Positions 33,067 to 42,019 of a stretch of 64,000 nucleotides of DNA are shown here, one piece after another. The notes beneath the pieces are model-generated. The model saw nothing but the letters and a program-made list of their open reading frames with translations, searched no databases and was not told the DNA's origin. Numbering within the stretch: position 1 is the first letter of the stretch; each line of letters opens with the position of its first letter. The stretch lies in the sequence record MZ574431.2. One strand, given 5' to 3'. A program made the position numbers and the translations under genes.

Positions 33067-34230
33067 ATGACTGTTTTCCCGCTGGTCGAGCATATCGACC
33101 AGCTTCTCCCGGCCCTTGAGGGCCGGGAGGAGTTCGTTGTGGCCAAAAAAGATGGCTACACGGTCATCGACTACCGCTACGTCCTGGCCGACAGCTTCGA
33201 TGATCCCCTGCGCCGCGAGTGCCGGGGCATCAAGTTCGACGAATACGGCATGCTCCTGGCGCGCCCGCTGCACAAGTTCTTCAATTGGGGCGAAAAGCCC
33301 GAGACCGGCCTGAACAGGGTCGACTTCTCGGAGCCGCACGTAGTCATGGAGAAGATGGACGGCTCGATGATCCACCCGGCCGTCGTGCGCGACGAACTGG
33401 TGTTCATGACCAGGATGGGTCGCACCGACGTGGCGCTGGAGGCCGAGCGCCTTTTCCTGGCCGGCAACGACGCGCTGCGCCATGCCCTGACCAGCAGCCT
33501 CGTGTCCGGCTTCACGCCGATCTTCGAGTACGTCGGCCCCGACAACCGGATCGTCGAGGCCTATGCCGAACCCGAACTGGTCTTGCTCCAGGCGCGCGAC
33601 CACTTCAACGGCCGATATATGAAGCTGTCCGGTCTGGAGTATCTGGCCAAGGAGTATGGCGTGCGCGTGGCGCCGACCTATCCGGCCTTCACCAAGCACG
33701 AGGATGTCCTGGCGGTTCACGGCCGCAGCGAAGGCGAGGGCGTCGTCCTGGTCTTTGACGATGGCCTGTTCGTCAAGATCAAGACCGACGAGTACCGCCG
33801 ACTGCATCGGATCAAGGACGACGTCAGCCGCGAGCATGATCTGGCGCGCCTGATCATCGACGGGCAGATCGACGACGCTCTGCCGCTGTTCGACGACAAG
33901 ACCCGCCAGCAGGTGGACAACTTCGCCGAAGACCTGATGCGCGGCGTTATCGTCGCCCAAGGCAGGCTGCGCAAGCTGGTCGACGCCGGCGCCGAGGTCG
34001 ACCAGAAGACCTTCGCCACCGTCACGCTCAAGGACCAGCCGGCAGGACTGCGCTCGTGCGCCTTCTCGCTGCGCAAGTCGCGTGAGAGCGCCGACCCTCT
34101 GACGCCTTATCAGGTGATCACCGATTTCGTGCGCAGCCACACCAAGGACGCCAAGGCGTTCGACTCGATCCGGGCGATGCTCGGCGACGTGCGGTTCGTG
34201 GGCAAGGTGGCGCGCATGGAAGCGGGCTGA
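33067..34230 (+). CDS. T4 Rnl1-like RNA ligase
   Basis: RECRG, HKFFN, motif I MEKMDGSM, FEY, EGVV, KIKT. Confidence 0.85.
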   Translation: MTVFPLVEHIDQLLPALEGREEFVVAKKDGYTVIDYRYVLADSFDDPLRRECRGIKFDEYGMLLARPLHKFFNWGEKPETGLNRVDFSEPHVVMEKMDGSMIHPAVVRDELVFMTRMGRTDVALEAERLFLAGNDALRHALTSSLVSGFTPIFEYVGPDNRIVEAYAEPELVLLQARDHFNGRYMKLSGLEYLAKEYGVRVAPTYPAFTKHEDVLAVHGRSEGEGVVLVFDDGLFVKIKTDEYRRLHRIKDDVSREHDLARLIIDGQIDDALPLFDDKTRQQVDNFAEDLMRGVIVAQGRLRKLVDAGAEVDQKTFATVTLKDQPAGLRSCAFSLRKSRESADPLTPYQVITDFVRSHTKDAKAFDSIRAMLGDVRFVGKVARMEAG

Positions 34231-34413
34231 TGCCGCGTGCGCCTCAGAACCCAAAGCACCAGCAACCGCCGCCCGAAGTGCTCTATGCCGACCTGATCAA
34301 GGCCGGCCTCGTGCGCATCGAGCGGCGGCGAGGCTTGCCGCCCCTGATAATCTGGTTGACCGGCTGTTAGAAAACGGTTGACACACCTGTTTGGGGCTGG
34401 TAGGACCCTTTGT

Positions 34414-35001
34414 ATGAGTATCGAAGCACATCTCCTGGATGACGGCGCCCACGAAGTCGTGGACGCGCGTCCCGCCCGCGCCAGGGCGCCTGTGGTCACC
34501 CTCCAAGAGGTGGTCATGGAGCCCATCGGCGGCAAGATGGCGCGCATGCGCGCCCAGGGCGACAGGGCGCTGCGCGAATTCCTCCTGATCCGTTCGCCGG
34601 CCGGCGCCGCCAAGGTGACGATCGCCCATGCGCCCGTCTTCCGCGCCTTGGTCCGGGCCAACCTCCAGCGCCGCACCCAGGGCGTGGAAGATACCGGTGT
34701 TTCGGTCGCCGAACTGGCCGAGGCCTCGGGCCTGCCGCCTGAGAAGGTGCGGTCGGTCTTGGCCAGCTTGGTCAAGAACCGCGCTGTGCGCTCCAAGGCC
34801 GAGCACCTGGGTTGGCAGGGCTACACCGCCCGCTACTACCCGACCGATCTGGGCCGAGAACTCTTTGCCATGGCCGAGCGTTGGGGCGAAGGGGTCATGG
34901 TCCAGATTGGTTCGACCTCGAACGCCTGGAAGGATCGATCGCAGTCCGAGCCGCCCAATCTCTTCCAACACGCCGATCTCATCCGCCGCAATCTCGCCTG
35001 A
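34414..35001 (+). CDS. Putative winged-helix DNA-binding protein
   Basis: VSVAELAEASGLPPEKVRSVLASLVK; promoter TTGACA 34378-34383. Confidence 0.55.
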   Translation: MSIEAHLLDDGAHEVVDARPARARAPVVTLQEVVMEPIGGKMARMRAQGDRALREFLLIRSPAGAAKVTIAHAPVFRALVRANLQRRTQGVEDTGVSVAELAEASGLPPEKVRSVLASLVKNRAVRSKAEHLGWQGYTARYYPTDLGRELFAMAERWGEGVMVQIGSTSNAWKDRSQSEPPNLFQHADLIRRNLA

Positions 35002-35018
35002 AGGAGCCCTAAGCAACG

Positions 35019-35387
35019 ATGCACAGCATGACCCCGATCCAACTCAAAGCCATCTGCCAGCGCGCCTGGGCCAACATGTGGCAATCCGAGGTCGCCGAGG
35101 CGACCCAGTACAACAAGGCCGTCATTTCCCGCATCATGTCGGGGACGCGCGTGATGTCCGAAGCCCTGGTCGCCCGCATCCGGCCGGCCGTGCTGGACAA
35201 GCTGGAATCCTTCGCCGACATCCTCAAGATGCCGGGCATGCCCGAGGCCGACAGCTTCGAGACCCAGGCCGCTGCCGACCTCATCCGCGAAGCCGCCCTG
35301 GTCGCCCGAGGTGACGAGCAGGCGGTCGCCCGCGCCAAGCGGCGCTACGCTTCCCAGAAGGCCCAGGAAGCCAAGAAGGCAGCCTAA
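35019..35387 (+). CDS. Hypothetical protein with a possible HTH
   Basis: WQSEVAEATQYNKAVISRIM. Confidence 0.6.
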   Translation: MHSMTPIQLKAICQRAWANMWQSEVAEATQYNKAVISRIMSGTRVMSEALVARIRPAVLDKLESFADILKMPGMPEADSFETQAAADLIREAALVARGDEQAVARAKRRYASQKAQEAKKAA

Positions 35388-35414
35388 GGCTCCAACCCTC
35401 AGGCGAGATACAAA

Positions 35415-35446
35415 GAAGGCCCCAGGAGCGATCCTGGGGCCTTTTC
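35415..35446. terminator. Bidirectional terminator at the strand switch
   Basis: AAGGCCCCAGGA-GCGA-TCCTGGGGCCTTTT. Confidence 0.8.
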
Positions 35447-35659
35447 TCATTGTCGAAGGACTTCCACACGCAGGAGCCGCTCAAGGGACTTGTAGGGCTC
35501 GCTGATGTAGTGCCGGCGCAGGAGGCGAAACCCCGAGGGTTCGCCGTCGACGGAAGGGACGTGATCAATCGTCACGCCGTGGTAATTGCGAGGGTCTTTG
35601 ATCATGGACGCCAGGGCGGCCACGATCTCCTCGGCGGTCAGGTCAGGCGCCTTGGTCAT
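35447..35659 (-). CDS. Hypothetical protein
   Basis: ORF track; overlapping coupling. Confidence 0.55.
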   Translation of the reverse strand: MTKAPDLTAEEIVAALASMIKDPRNYHGVTIDHVPSVDGEPSGFRLLRRHYISEPYKSLERLLRVEVLRQ

Positions 35660-36030
35660 TCGTCCTCACCCGTCCACGGCTTCTTTGGGCCGGGCTTCAG
35701 TTCGTAGTCGCTGATGTAGATGACGTTGTCTTCGACGATGATGTCTGTCTGGGACATGAAGTCGCTGCACGACTCCTCGATCTTGCCGTTCAGCACGTGA
35801 CCGGCGAGCGGCCCTCTCAGCAAGTAGTCGACCCAGCGGGCGACCTCGAAATGGCCTTCGCTGCCGTCGTGCTTGAGCGCGTCGCCGTCGTCATTGACCT
35901 TGAAACTGAAGTATCCCGGCGCGTCCGGCGGAAGCTCACCCTTGCGCATGCGCTTGAGCAGCGAGGCCTGCTTGACCGAAAGCCCAGGCGCGATCGTCAG
36001 CTTGCCGCTATAGCGGAAATCATAGGCCAT
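35656..36030 (-). CDS. Hypothetical protein
   Basis: ORF track; codon bias. Confidence 0.7.
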   Translation of the reverse strand: MAYDFRYSGKLTIAPGLSVKQASLLKRMRKGELPPDAPGYFSFKVNDDGDALKHDGSEGHFEVARWVDYLLRGPLAGHVLNGKIEESCSDFMSQTDIIVEDNVIYISDYELKPGPKKPWTGEDE

Positions 36031-36042
36031 GAATGAGCCCCT

Positions 36043-36531
36043 CTAGTTGTTGTGCGGCGCGAGGAGCGCTGCGGACACCGCCGGCGCCAGCAGCCAGGAG
36101 ACGTCTTCGCCCGCGTCAGCCAGTTCCTTGGCAAGGCTCGACGAGACGTGCAGGAACTCCGCGTCGCAGATGAAGTGGGTGACGATCACCTCGGGGGCGA
36201 TCTTTTCCATCGCCCCGCGAATCTCGAACTCGCTGTTGAAGTCGCTGACCTGCCGCAGGCCGCGCACCAGATGCGTGGCCTGCGTGGCGCGGGTGATCTC
36301 GGCCAGACTGCGCTCGTAGCTGAGCACCGAGACCTTCGGCAGCAGGCCGCGCAGGAGAAGCTCCTGCTCGATCAGCCATACCCTCGTCGGCGCGTCCAGG
36401 CGATGGGTCTTCTTGGGGTTTTTGCCGACCGCCACGGTGACGTGATCGAAGGTCTCGGCCGCCTTCTCGATGATGTTGAGGTGGCCAAGGGTGATCGGAT
36501 CGAAAGAACCGGCGTAGAGGCCGTGCTTCAT
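36043..36531 (-). CDS. coaD: Phosphopantetheine adenylyltransferase
   Basis: YAGSFDPITLGH, NPKK, VRGLR...DFNSE, VSSS. Confidence 0.85.
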   Translation of the reverse strand: MKHGLYAGSFDPITLGHLNIIEKAAETFDHVTVAVGKNPKKTHRLDAPTRVWLIEQELLLRGLLPKVSVLSYERSLAEITRATQATHLVRGLRQVSDFNSEFEIRGAMEKIAPEVIVTHFICDAEFLHVSSSLAKELADAGEDVSWLLAPAVSAALLAPHNN

Positions 36532-36533
36532 GG

Positions 36534-37718
36534 TCAGAGAGCCCTCTTTTCGCCGTGCCACTTGATCGCCACCGGCTGGCGCGGGATGCCCGCGTCCGTC
36601 CAGCCGAAGAACTCGATCGTCACGACCTTCTGTTGCTTGCCCGCTTCGCCCAGGAGATCAGCGTTGAACTTGGACATGCCGCCCTTGATGCCGGCGCCGA
36701 AGGTGCGCCCGTCGGGCAGGCGGCAGGTCACGCGCTTGGCGAAGCCGCTGTAGTTCCCGTTGCCCTCGACAATGTCGACGACCTCGAACTCCTGGTCCTG
36801 GAGAATCTTGATCTTGATCACCCACCAGCAGCGGTTCTGCACGTAGGGACCCGCCAGCCGGCCGATGCCGCCTTCGTAACCGTCGTCGACGGCCTTGTAG
36901 AAGAGTTCCAGCAAATGAGCCTCGTCGCGCACCGGCACGGTCGTGACCTGCATGATCGGTCCGTCGGCATCGAACAGGAATCCCAGGTCCTGAACGAGGC
37001 GATCATAGCGCTCATCGAAGCCCAGGTCGCGCACGGCCGGCGCCGGGTAGTCGTAGATGTGGTACTGCATCACGCGGGCCGTCTCGAACTCCTCCGGCGT
37101 GATGTCCTTCGTCTTGCGCAGGATCGAGGAAATGGTCTGGAACTCGTCGCGCAGGGCATGGTTGTAGAGTTCGCCATGCAGGACCGCGTCGGGATTGGCC
37201 TCGAAATAGGGAGCCAGGGCTTCCATGATATGCGGCACCGACACGATCGGCTCGCCTTCGCGCGTCGTCAGGCCCGACTTCTGGGCGATGCAGCAAAAGC
37301 CATCGAGCTTCGGCTGGAAGTAGGCGCCGGTCGTGCCCGCCTTGGGCGTGATCTTGGCCTTCTTCAGTTGGCCCAGCCACTTGTCCCAGGTCGTGTCGAT
37401 CCAGCGGTTGGCCAGTTGCGGCTCGAAGAACCGCGCCCCGCCGGTGGCCTCCTCGGGCGTCTCGAAATAGTCGCGCTTGAGCCCGTAGGTGTAGTCGGCG
37501 TTGATCTCGAAGATCGCCTGCTCCTCGTCGGTGCGCTTCTGCTTACCCTTGCAGACCGTCCACTTGGAGGTGGTCAGCTTGCCGTCGGCAAGGCCGGCCA
37601 CGACGCGGTGCTTGTTGCCCTGGCGCTCCATGTACCAGACGCGCAGCTTGCCCTTGCTGTCGTACTTGTAGAGGCGCTCGCGGGCGATGATCGGTTCGTC
37701 GACGGTGTCGAAGGCCAT
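36534..37718 (-). CDS. ATP-dependent DNA ligase
   Basis: PQLA, motif I QPKLDG, HGELY, YHIYD, YEGGI, KIK, OB-domain GAG...F...T..G.PR.P. Confidence 0.88.
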   Translation of the reverse strand: MAFDTVDEPIIARERLYKYDSKGKLRVWYMERQGNKHRVVAGLADGKLTTSKWTVCKGKQKRTDEEQAIFEINADYTYGLKRDYFETPEEATGGARFFEPQLANRWIDTTWDKWLGQLKKAKITPKAGTTGAYFQPKLDGFCCIAQKSGLTTREGEPIVSVPHIMEALAPYFEANPDAVLHGELYNHALRDEFQTISSILRKTKDITPEEFETARVMQYHIYDYPAPAVRDLGFDERYDRLVQDLGFLFDADGPIMQVTTVPVRDEAHLLELFYKAVDDGYEGGIGRLAGPYVQNRCWWVIKIKILQDQEFEVVDIVEGNGNYSGFAKRVTCRLPDGRTFGAGIKGGMSKFNADLLGEAGKQQKVVTIEFFGWTDAGIPRQPVAIKWHGEKRAL

Positions 37719-37726
37719 GGTCGGTC

Positions 37727-38209
37727 TCAGGTTCGGGGTTTGAAGGAGCCAGCCGCGATCATCCGCGCCTGGGGTTCGGAAGGGGAGGGCCACTGCCAGA
37801 CCTCGAAACCGTCCTGGTCGGTGAAAGCCACCTCCCAGACGATCACGCCGGCCTTGAGGCAGCGATCCATCATGTCATTGGTGCCGCCGTGGCCGGGGAA
37901 GCCCACGCAGAGAAAGGGCTTCAGATCGACCATCCGCTGATTGCGGCGCTTTGGAGCGGTGTAGGGGTCACTGCCATCGAGAGAGTCGTCGATCCCGACG
38001 GCGATCACGCCCGCGCCGCGCCGGGTCGCCCAATGGATGCCGTGGGTGTCCACGCCCTGGGCCAGCCCGGAAATCAGCCGGATGTCAGAAGCGTGAGGGA
38101 ACAGGACGTCCATCACCCGGAACACCTGCGGCGCGGTAACCTCGATACGAGGACCGGTGATCGCCACCAGGGCCGGTGGCCCGTCTTGTTTATAGGCTAT
38201 AAAGGCCAT
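37727..38209 (-). CDS. SLOG-superfamily (DUF2493/YspA-like) protein
   Basis: ITGPR, SGLAQGVD, RRNQRM, FPGHGGT. Confidence 0.7.
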   Translation of the reverse strand: MAFIAYKQDGPPALVAITGPRIEVTAPQVFRVMDVLFPHASDIRLISGLAQGVDTHGIHWATRRGAGVIAVGIDDSLDGSDPYTAPKRRNQRMVDLKPFLCVGFPGHGGTNDMMDRCLKAGVIVWEVAFTDQDGFEVWQWPSPSEPQARMIAAGSFKPRT

Positions 38210-38269
38210 GCCCCGGTTCTGTCCATTAGCTGAGCGAATACAGCGCTCTAACTCTTTATAGTCGCAGAC

Positions 38270-38770
38270 TCAGGCCGCGATCGGCTGCTCGTCGATGAAA
38301 TAGTGCGGCCTGCTGGGGTTGGCGCCCCATTCGTACTCCGCATCCTTCTTAGCCTGCTCAGCCTGCTCGCGGGTGGCGTGGAGACTATCGATGCTCCAGT
38401 CCTCGGGACCGTCCAACTCGACCAGGACATAGGCCTTTTCGGCGAGGGTCTCGGCATCGACCCAGAATTGAAAGAAGTACCAAATCAGATGCTTGGGTTG
38501 AGTATCAACCCAGGCGTCAATCTCATCGGTGCCTTCGCCCTTGACGATCCGGCGGATCGCATAGACGTCGTCCGCTTCATCATAGCTGACCGCCAGCCAG
38601 ACTGAGGTCTGCGGGCGGGGCACCCTGGTGAAGCAGAGTGAGCCGGCCAGCCGATCAAGGATCATGTCGGCCACGATCTCCGGCCCGCCGTTGCCCATGT
38701 AGCGGGGACTGTTCGGGGCTTCCTCGAAGAGGATGGCCATAACCGCGTCACGGGCTTCTTCGCGGGTCAT
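38270..38770 (-). CDS. Hypothetical protein
   Basis: ORF track. Confidence 0.65.
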   Translation of the reverse strand: MTREEARDAVMAILFEEAPNSPRYMGNGGPEIVADMILDRLAGSLCFTRVPRPQTSVWLAVSYDEADDVYAIRRIVKGEGTDEIDAWVDTQPKHLIWYFFQFWVDAETLAEKAYVLVELDGPEDWSIDSLHATREQAEQAKKDAEYEWGANPSRPHYFIDEQPIAA

Positions 38771-38958
38771 AGGGGAACCTCTTCGATCGGCGACGCGGCG
38801 CGGATCGCCAAATCGCAGGTGCTGACGATCGCGCGCCGGCGCCGGGTGTCTGCGCCCGTCGAGGCGGCGAGCGCCATGCCATCCAACTCGTTGCGGGCCT
38901 CACGCAAGGCGGCCCGTAGCTGGTTGATGATCGTCTCGTATTGGACCGAGGTGAGCAT
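38767..38958 (-). CDS. Hypothetical protein
   Basis: Coupled to both neighbours. Confidence 0.55.
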   Translation of the reverse strand: MLTSVQYETIINQLRAALREARNELDGMALAASTGADTRRRRAIVSTCDLAIRAASPIEEVPL

Positions 38959-39683
38959 CAGGCTTCCTGGTTGGTGATGGCGACCAGCCGGTCAAGGCCC
39001 AGGGCGACCTCGAAACAGGTCAGCTTCTTGGCGCCGTTGATCTCGGGGAAGTCGGTCCGCTTGGAGGTCGAGGCAACCTCTTTCCAGTCGCCCTTCCAGA
39101 TCGCTTCGATGTCGATCGTCTCGGTGGCGTAGGCCGGCAGGCGATCGCTTTCGATGAGCCGGGCATCGGTGCCCACAAGCTTCTCGACGGCGACGCGGAC
39201 GCTCTCACGCACCGGCGTGGCGTAGTCGGCCTTGGAGTCCTCGGGATAGAGGCACTGGAACTCCAGTTGCCAGAACTGGTTGAAGCGCAGCTTCTCGGAA
39301 GTGGCCCCGTCGCTGCTCTCGCGACGGAACGACGGACCAGCCTGCCAGAAGCATATCGGGCCGCGCATCTTGGTCGACTTCAGCAGGTGCTCGGCGATGA
39401 GATAGGTGCCCGGCGTCGTCTCGGCGCGCAGGGCGAACGGCTTGTCGCCGACCACGCCGGCAAGCTCGAAGATGTCGCTGCTGTCATAGGCGCACGAGAA
39501 GTCCTCTCGCGGCATCATGACCGGAGTCTCGACACGCTCGAAGCGCCAAGCCGAGTTCAGGTCCAGGAGCGGGCGCGAGACGGCTTCCAGCAGGCGGGCG
39601 ATGGCCTGCTCGCGGATCAGGATTTCCTCCTGGGTCCAGAAGCGCAGGCCGGCGGATTGGCGATTGTAAAGGGCGAAGCTCAT
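38958..39683 (-). CDS. Truncated class IIa aminoacyl-tRNA synthetase catalytic core (GlyRS-like)
   Basis: LRAETTPG, motif 2 WQAGPSFRRE...RFNQFWQLEFQ, motif 3 EVALGLDRL; ends right after motif 3. Confidence 0.78.
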   Translation of the reverse strand: MSFALYNRQSAGLRFWTQEEILIREQAIARLLEAVSRPLLDLNSAWRFERVETPVMMPREDFSCAYDSSDIFELAGVVGDKPFALRAETTPGTYLIAEHLLKSTKMRGPICFWQAGPSFRRESSDGATSEKLRFNQFWQLEFQCLYPEDSKADYATPVRESVRVAVEKLVGTDARLIESDRLPAYATETIDIEAIWKGDWKEVASTSKRTDFPEINGAKKLTCFEVALGLDRLVAITNQEA

Positions 39684-39708
39684 GACGTGGTAGATGTCAC
39701 GGCGCGCG

Positions 39709-40086
39709 TCAGACTGTCAAGCGCTCTTTGGCCAGGGCCGCTAGCGCTGGGCGCAGCATCTCGAACATGGCCGGCTTGTCCTGGGCGTCGGTCAGGCGCT
39801 TGGGCATGCGCGAGGGCAGGCCAAGCCATTCACGTCCGCGCCGCTTCAGTTCGGCCGCGTCGGTGACCTGCTGCTCAAAGAGGGCGCGCAGGTGTTTGCC
39901 CACGCCCAGCATCTTGCCCACCAACACGTCCTGCACGACGCGCTTGGCCGGCGGCTTACGCCGCTCGAAGGCGAGAAGGTCGAGACAGAGGTCGTGCCAG
40001 ACTGAGTCGGCGGAGTCTCTCACGCGCTGATGAACCGTTTGGCTGAACCACTTCGGCGGCGGAGCTTCTTTGGATGGCTTCTTCAA
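39709..40086 (-). CDS. Hypothetical protein
   Basis: TTG start with AAGGG upstream; overlaps the previous ORF. Confidence 0.55.
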   Translation of the reverse strand: MKKPSKEAPPPKWFSQTVHQRVRDSADSVWHDLCLDLLAFERRKPPAKRVVQDVLVGKMLGVGKHLRALFEQQVTDAAELKRRGREWLGLPSRMPKRLTDAQDKPAMFEMLRPALAALAKERLTV

Positions 40087-40342
40087 GAGCCTGGGCGCCC
40101 TTCTTGATTTTGAGTTCTTCGATGGAGCGATAGCGGCTATGACACCAGTTCCAGACCAGGGACCAATCGGCCTCGTCCATGCTGAAATGCAGGTGGATCA
40201 GGGCCAGCTTGATGTCCATGGGCGTGAAGTCGTTCCAGCAGCGGCGCTCCTCGGGGCCGGCGACGTCATAGCGCGCCAAGGCTTCATCGCGCTCCGTCAA
40301 GGTCTGGACGGTGCGGCCGGAGTCGATCAGGGAGGGCTGCAT
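39956..40342 (-). CDS. Hypothetical protein
   Basis: GAGGGGG RBS and promoter TTGACC at 40371-40376. Confidence 0.55.
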   Translation of the reverse strand: MQPSLIDSGRTVQTLTERDEALARYDVAGPEERRCWNDFTPMDIKLALIHLHFSMDEADWSLVWNWCHSRYRSIEELKIKKGAQALEEAIQRSSAAEVVQPNGSSARERLRRLSLARPLSRPSRLRAA

Positions 40343-40353
40343 GCCCCCTCATG

Positions 40354-40506
40354 TCACGTTCGGTGACACGGGTCAAGAATTGGAGTCAGGCTGATCAGGC
40401 CCTTCGCAATGAGGTTATCGATGGCGACCAAGGCGCGGGTCACCGACACGTCCAGTTCCTGCGCCATGCGCTCAGCCAGTTCCTGGCGGGTCTCGTCGAG
40501 GTGCAT
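40354..40506 (-). CDS. Small hypothetical protein
   Basis: MHLDETRQEL...; follows promoter 40561. Confidence 0.45.
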   Translation of the reverse strand: MHLDETRQELAERMAQELDVSVTRALVAIDNLIAKGLISLTPILDPCHRT

Positions 40507-40585
40507 GCGTGGGCTCCAGATCGAAAAAGAGGCCCCAGACCTACGCCTGGAGCCTCCCCTTGTCAACAGCTTTCTAGCAGACGGC

Positions 40586-42007
40586 CTAGAGTTGCGACGC
40601 CGCCAAAGCCCGGACTTCGTCCAGGTACTGCATGTTCTTGACCAGACCGCTTTCGTAGCGGGTCAGCAGAAGGTCGCCGTCGCGGATTTCGCCCGGCGCG
40701 ATGTTGATGGTCTGGTAGCCGTTCACCGCGTCGTAGATCAGCGCGAACCGGCCAGCCTTGGAGGCCTTGCCGTGGTCGGTGATCGGGTCCTTGCGGATCG
40801 GCGTCTCGACCCCGTCGATGACGTGGTTGGAGGCCTTCATCGCCCAGCGGTTCTTGTCGCGGTCGAGGTCTGCCGTCGCCATGCCGCCGCCGGCGGCTGT
40901 CATGATGCTGTCGGGCGCGATGCGGATGCCGTCGGCCGCGAAGAACGGGTCCATGTGGGTGTTCTCGTTCATGCCATCGCCGGTCAGGACCTTGACGCCA
41001 TAGCGCATGACGTCCTTGCCCTTGCTGTTGCGATCGGTGCCGAAGCCATCCGCCAGGGTCCGAAGAACCGGCGGATTGACCTCGAAGATTTCACCCGAGT
41101 CAGGGCGGCAGACCATCACGATCTTCTTGTTGATGATCTTTTCCTTGCGGGTCACCAGGGTCTTGGCGAACTCGTAGATGTTCCAGGTGTCGCCCACCAG
41201 GGAGAGGATGGCGCCTTCGGGAACGCGCTCGATGGCGTTGTCGATGTAGTCGGCGTCGTTGCCGTAGCCGAAGCCGCACGAGATCGAGTGCTCCGAGGCG
41301 ATGACCGAGAAGCCGGCCATCTCGTCGCGGTAGTAGTGATTGACGTGGCGCACGCCCGGATAGTTGTCCGAGCCCTGCTGGAAGATCAGGTGGCCGATGC
41401 CGGCGAGGCACGAGTGGTCGTAGCCCATCACGCCGCGCGAGCAGAAGTCCAGGAACGAGAACGGCGACATCGGCGTGTCGGAGTTCTGCTCCCAGTGACG
41501 CTTGATGCGCTGGTTGATGTAGAAGTTGCGCGTGGCGATCGAGCACGCCGTCCACAGGTCGCGCAGGATCATCGTCTCGAAGTAGCTGGTCAGCCAATAG
41601 AGGTCGGGGTCCAGGTTCTCGATCGTGAACAGCACGTTCTTGACCGGCACCAGGGTGCCCTCGGCGACTGCCTTGATGCGCAGCGGTAGGTGGCCGCCAT
41701 AGACGTCGATGATCTTGCGCCAGCCGGCCTCGTTGAACGGCACGCCGTGCTTGGGCAGGTCGCGCCGCAGTTCGTCGATGTCCGCCTCGGTGACCTTCTG
41801 CCCCAGCTTTCCGTAGAGCAGCGGCTGGAGGCCCGCGAACACGATCGCCGGATAGTGGCCGCCACGGCTCTCGATGTAGCTGTAGACGCTGGTCGTGCCC
41901 TTCCGGTAGATCAGGAAGTGGCTGAACTTGTAACTGTCGGTGTCCGCGATGAGGTTGTACCGCAGTGGCGGCAGGTACTCGGGGCGGCCCTTTTCGATGA
42001 TGCGCAA
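40586..42007 (-). CDS. nadV: Nicotinamide phosphoribosyltransferase (NAMPT)
   Basis: TDSYKFSH, YIESRGG, DFCSRG, ASEHS, VGDTWN, RPDSG, K.P.TD.GK.SK.G. Confidence 0.93.
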   Translation of the reverse strand: MRIIEKGRPEYLPPLRYNLIADTDSYKFSHFLIYRKGTTSVYSYIESRGGHYPAIVFAGLQPLLYGKLGQKVTEADIDELRRDLPKHGVPFNEAGWRKIIDVYGGHLPLRIKAVAEGTLVPVKNVLFTIENLDPDLYWLTSYFETMILRDLWTACSIATRNFYINQRIKRHWEQNSDTPMSPFSFLDFCSRGVMGYDHSCLAGIGHLIFQQGSDNYPGVRHVNHYYRDEMAGFSVIASEHSISCGFGYGNDADYIDNAIERVPEGAILSLVGDTWNIYEFAKTLVTRKEKIINKKIVMVCRPDSGEIFEVNPPVLRTLADGFGTDRNSKGKDVMRYGVKVLTGDGMNENTHMDPFFAADGIRIAPDSIMTAAGGGMATADLDRDKNRWAMKASNHVIDGVETPIRKDPITDHGKASKAGRFALIYDAVNGYQTINIAPGEIRDGDLLLTRYESGLVKNMQYLDEVRALAASQL

Positions 42008-42019
42008 GGGTGTCTCCTG

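Noticed and set aside
29236-34254. 1672-aa minus-strand ORF (also 1432-3633 -, 50099-52942 +, 8375-10363 -)
   Set aside because: Antisense shadows of well-supported genes, expected with high GC3 codon bias; no motifs
39709-40342. Programmed frameshift joining the two overlapping ORFs
   Set aside because: The downstream ORF has its own TTG start with an RBS-like sequence, and no slippery site is evident
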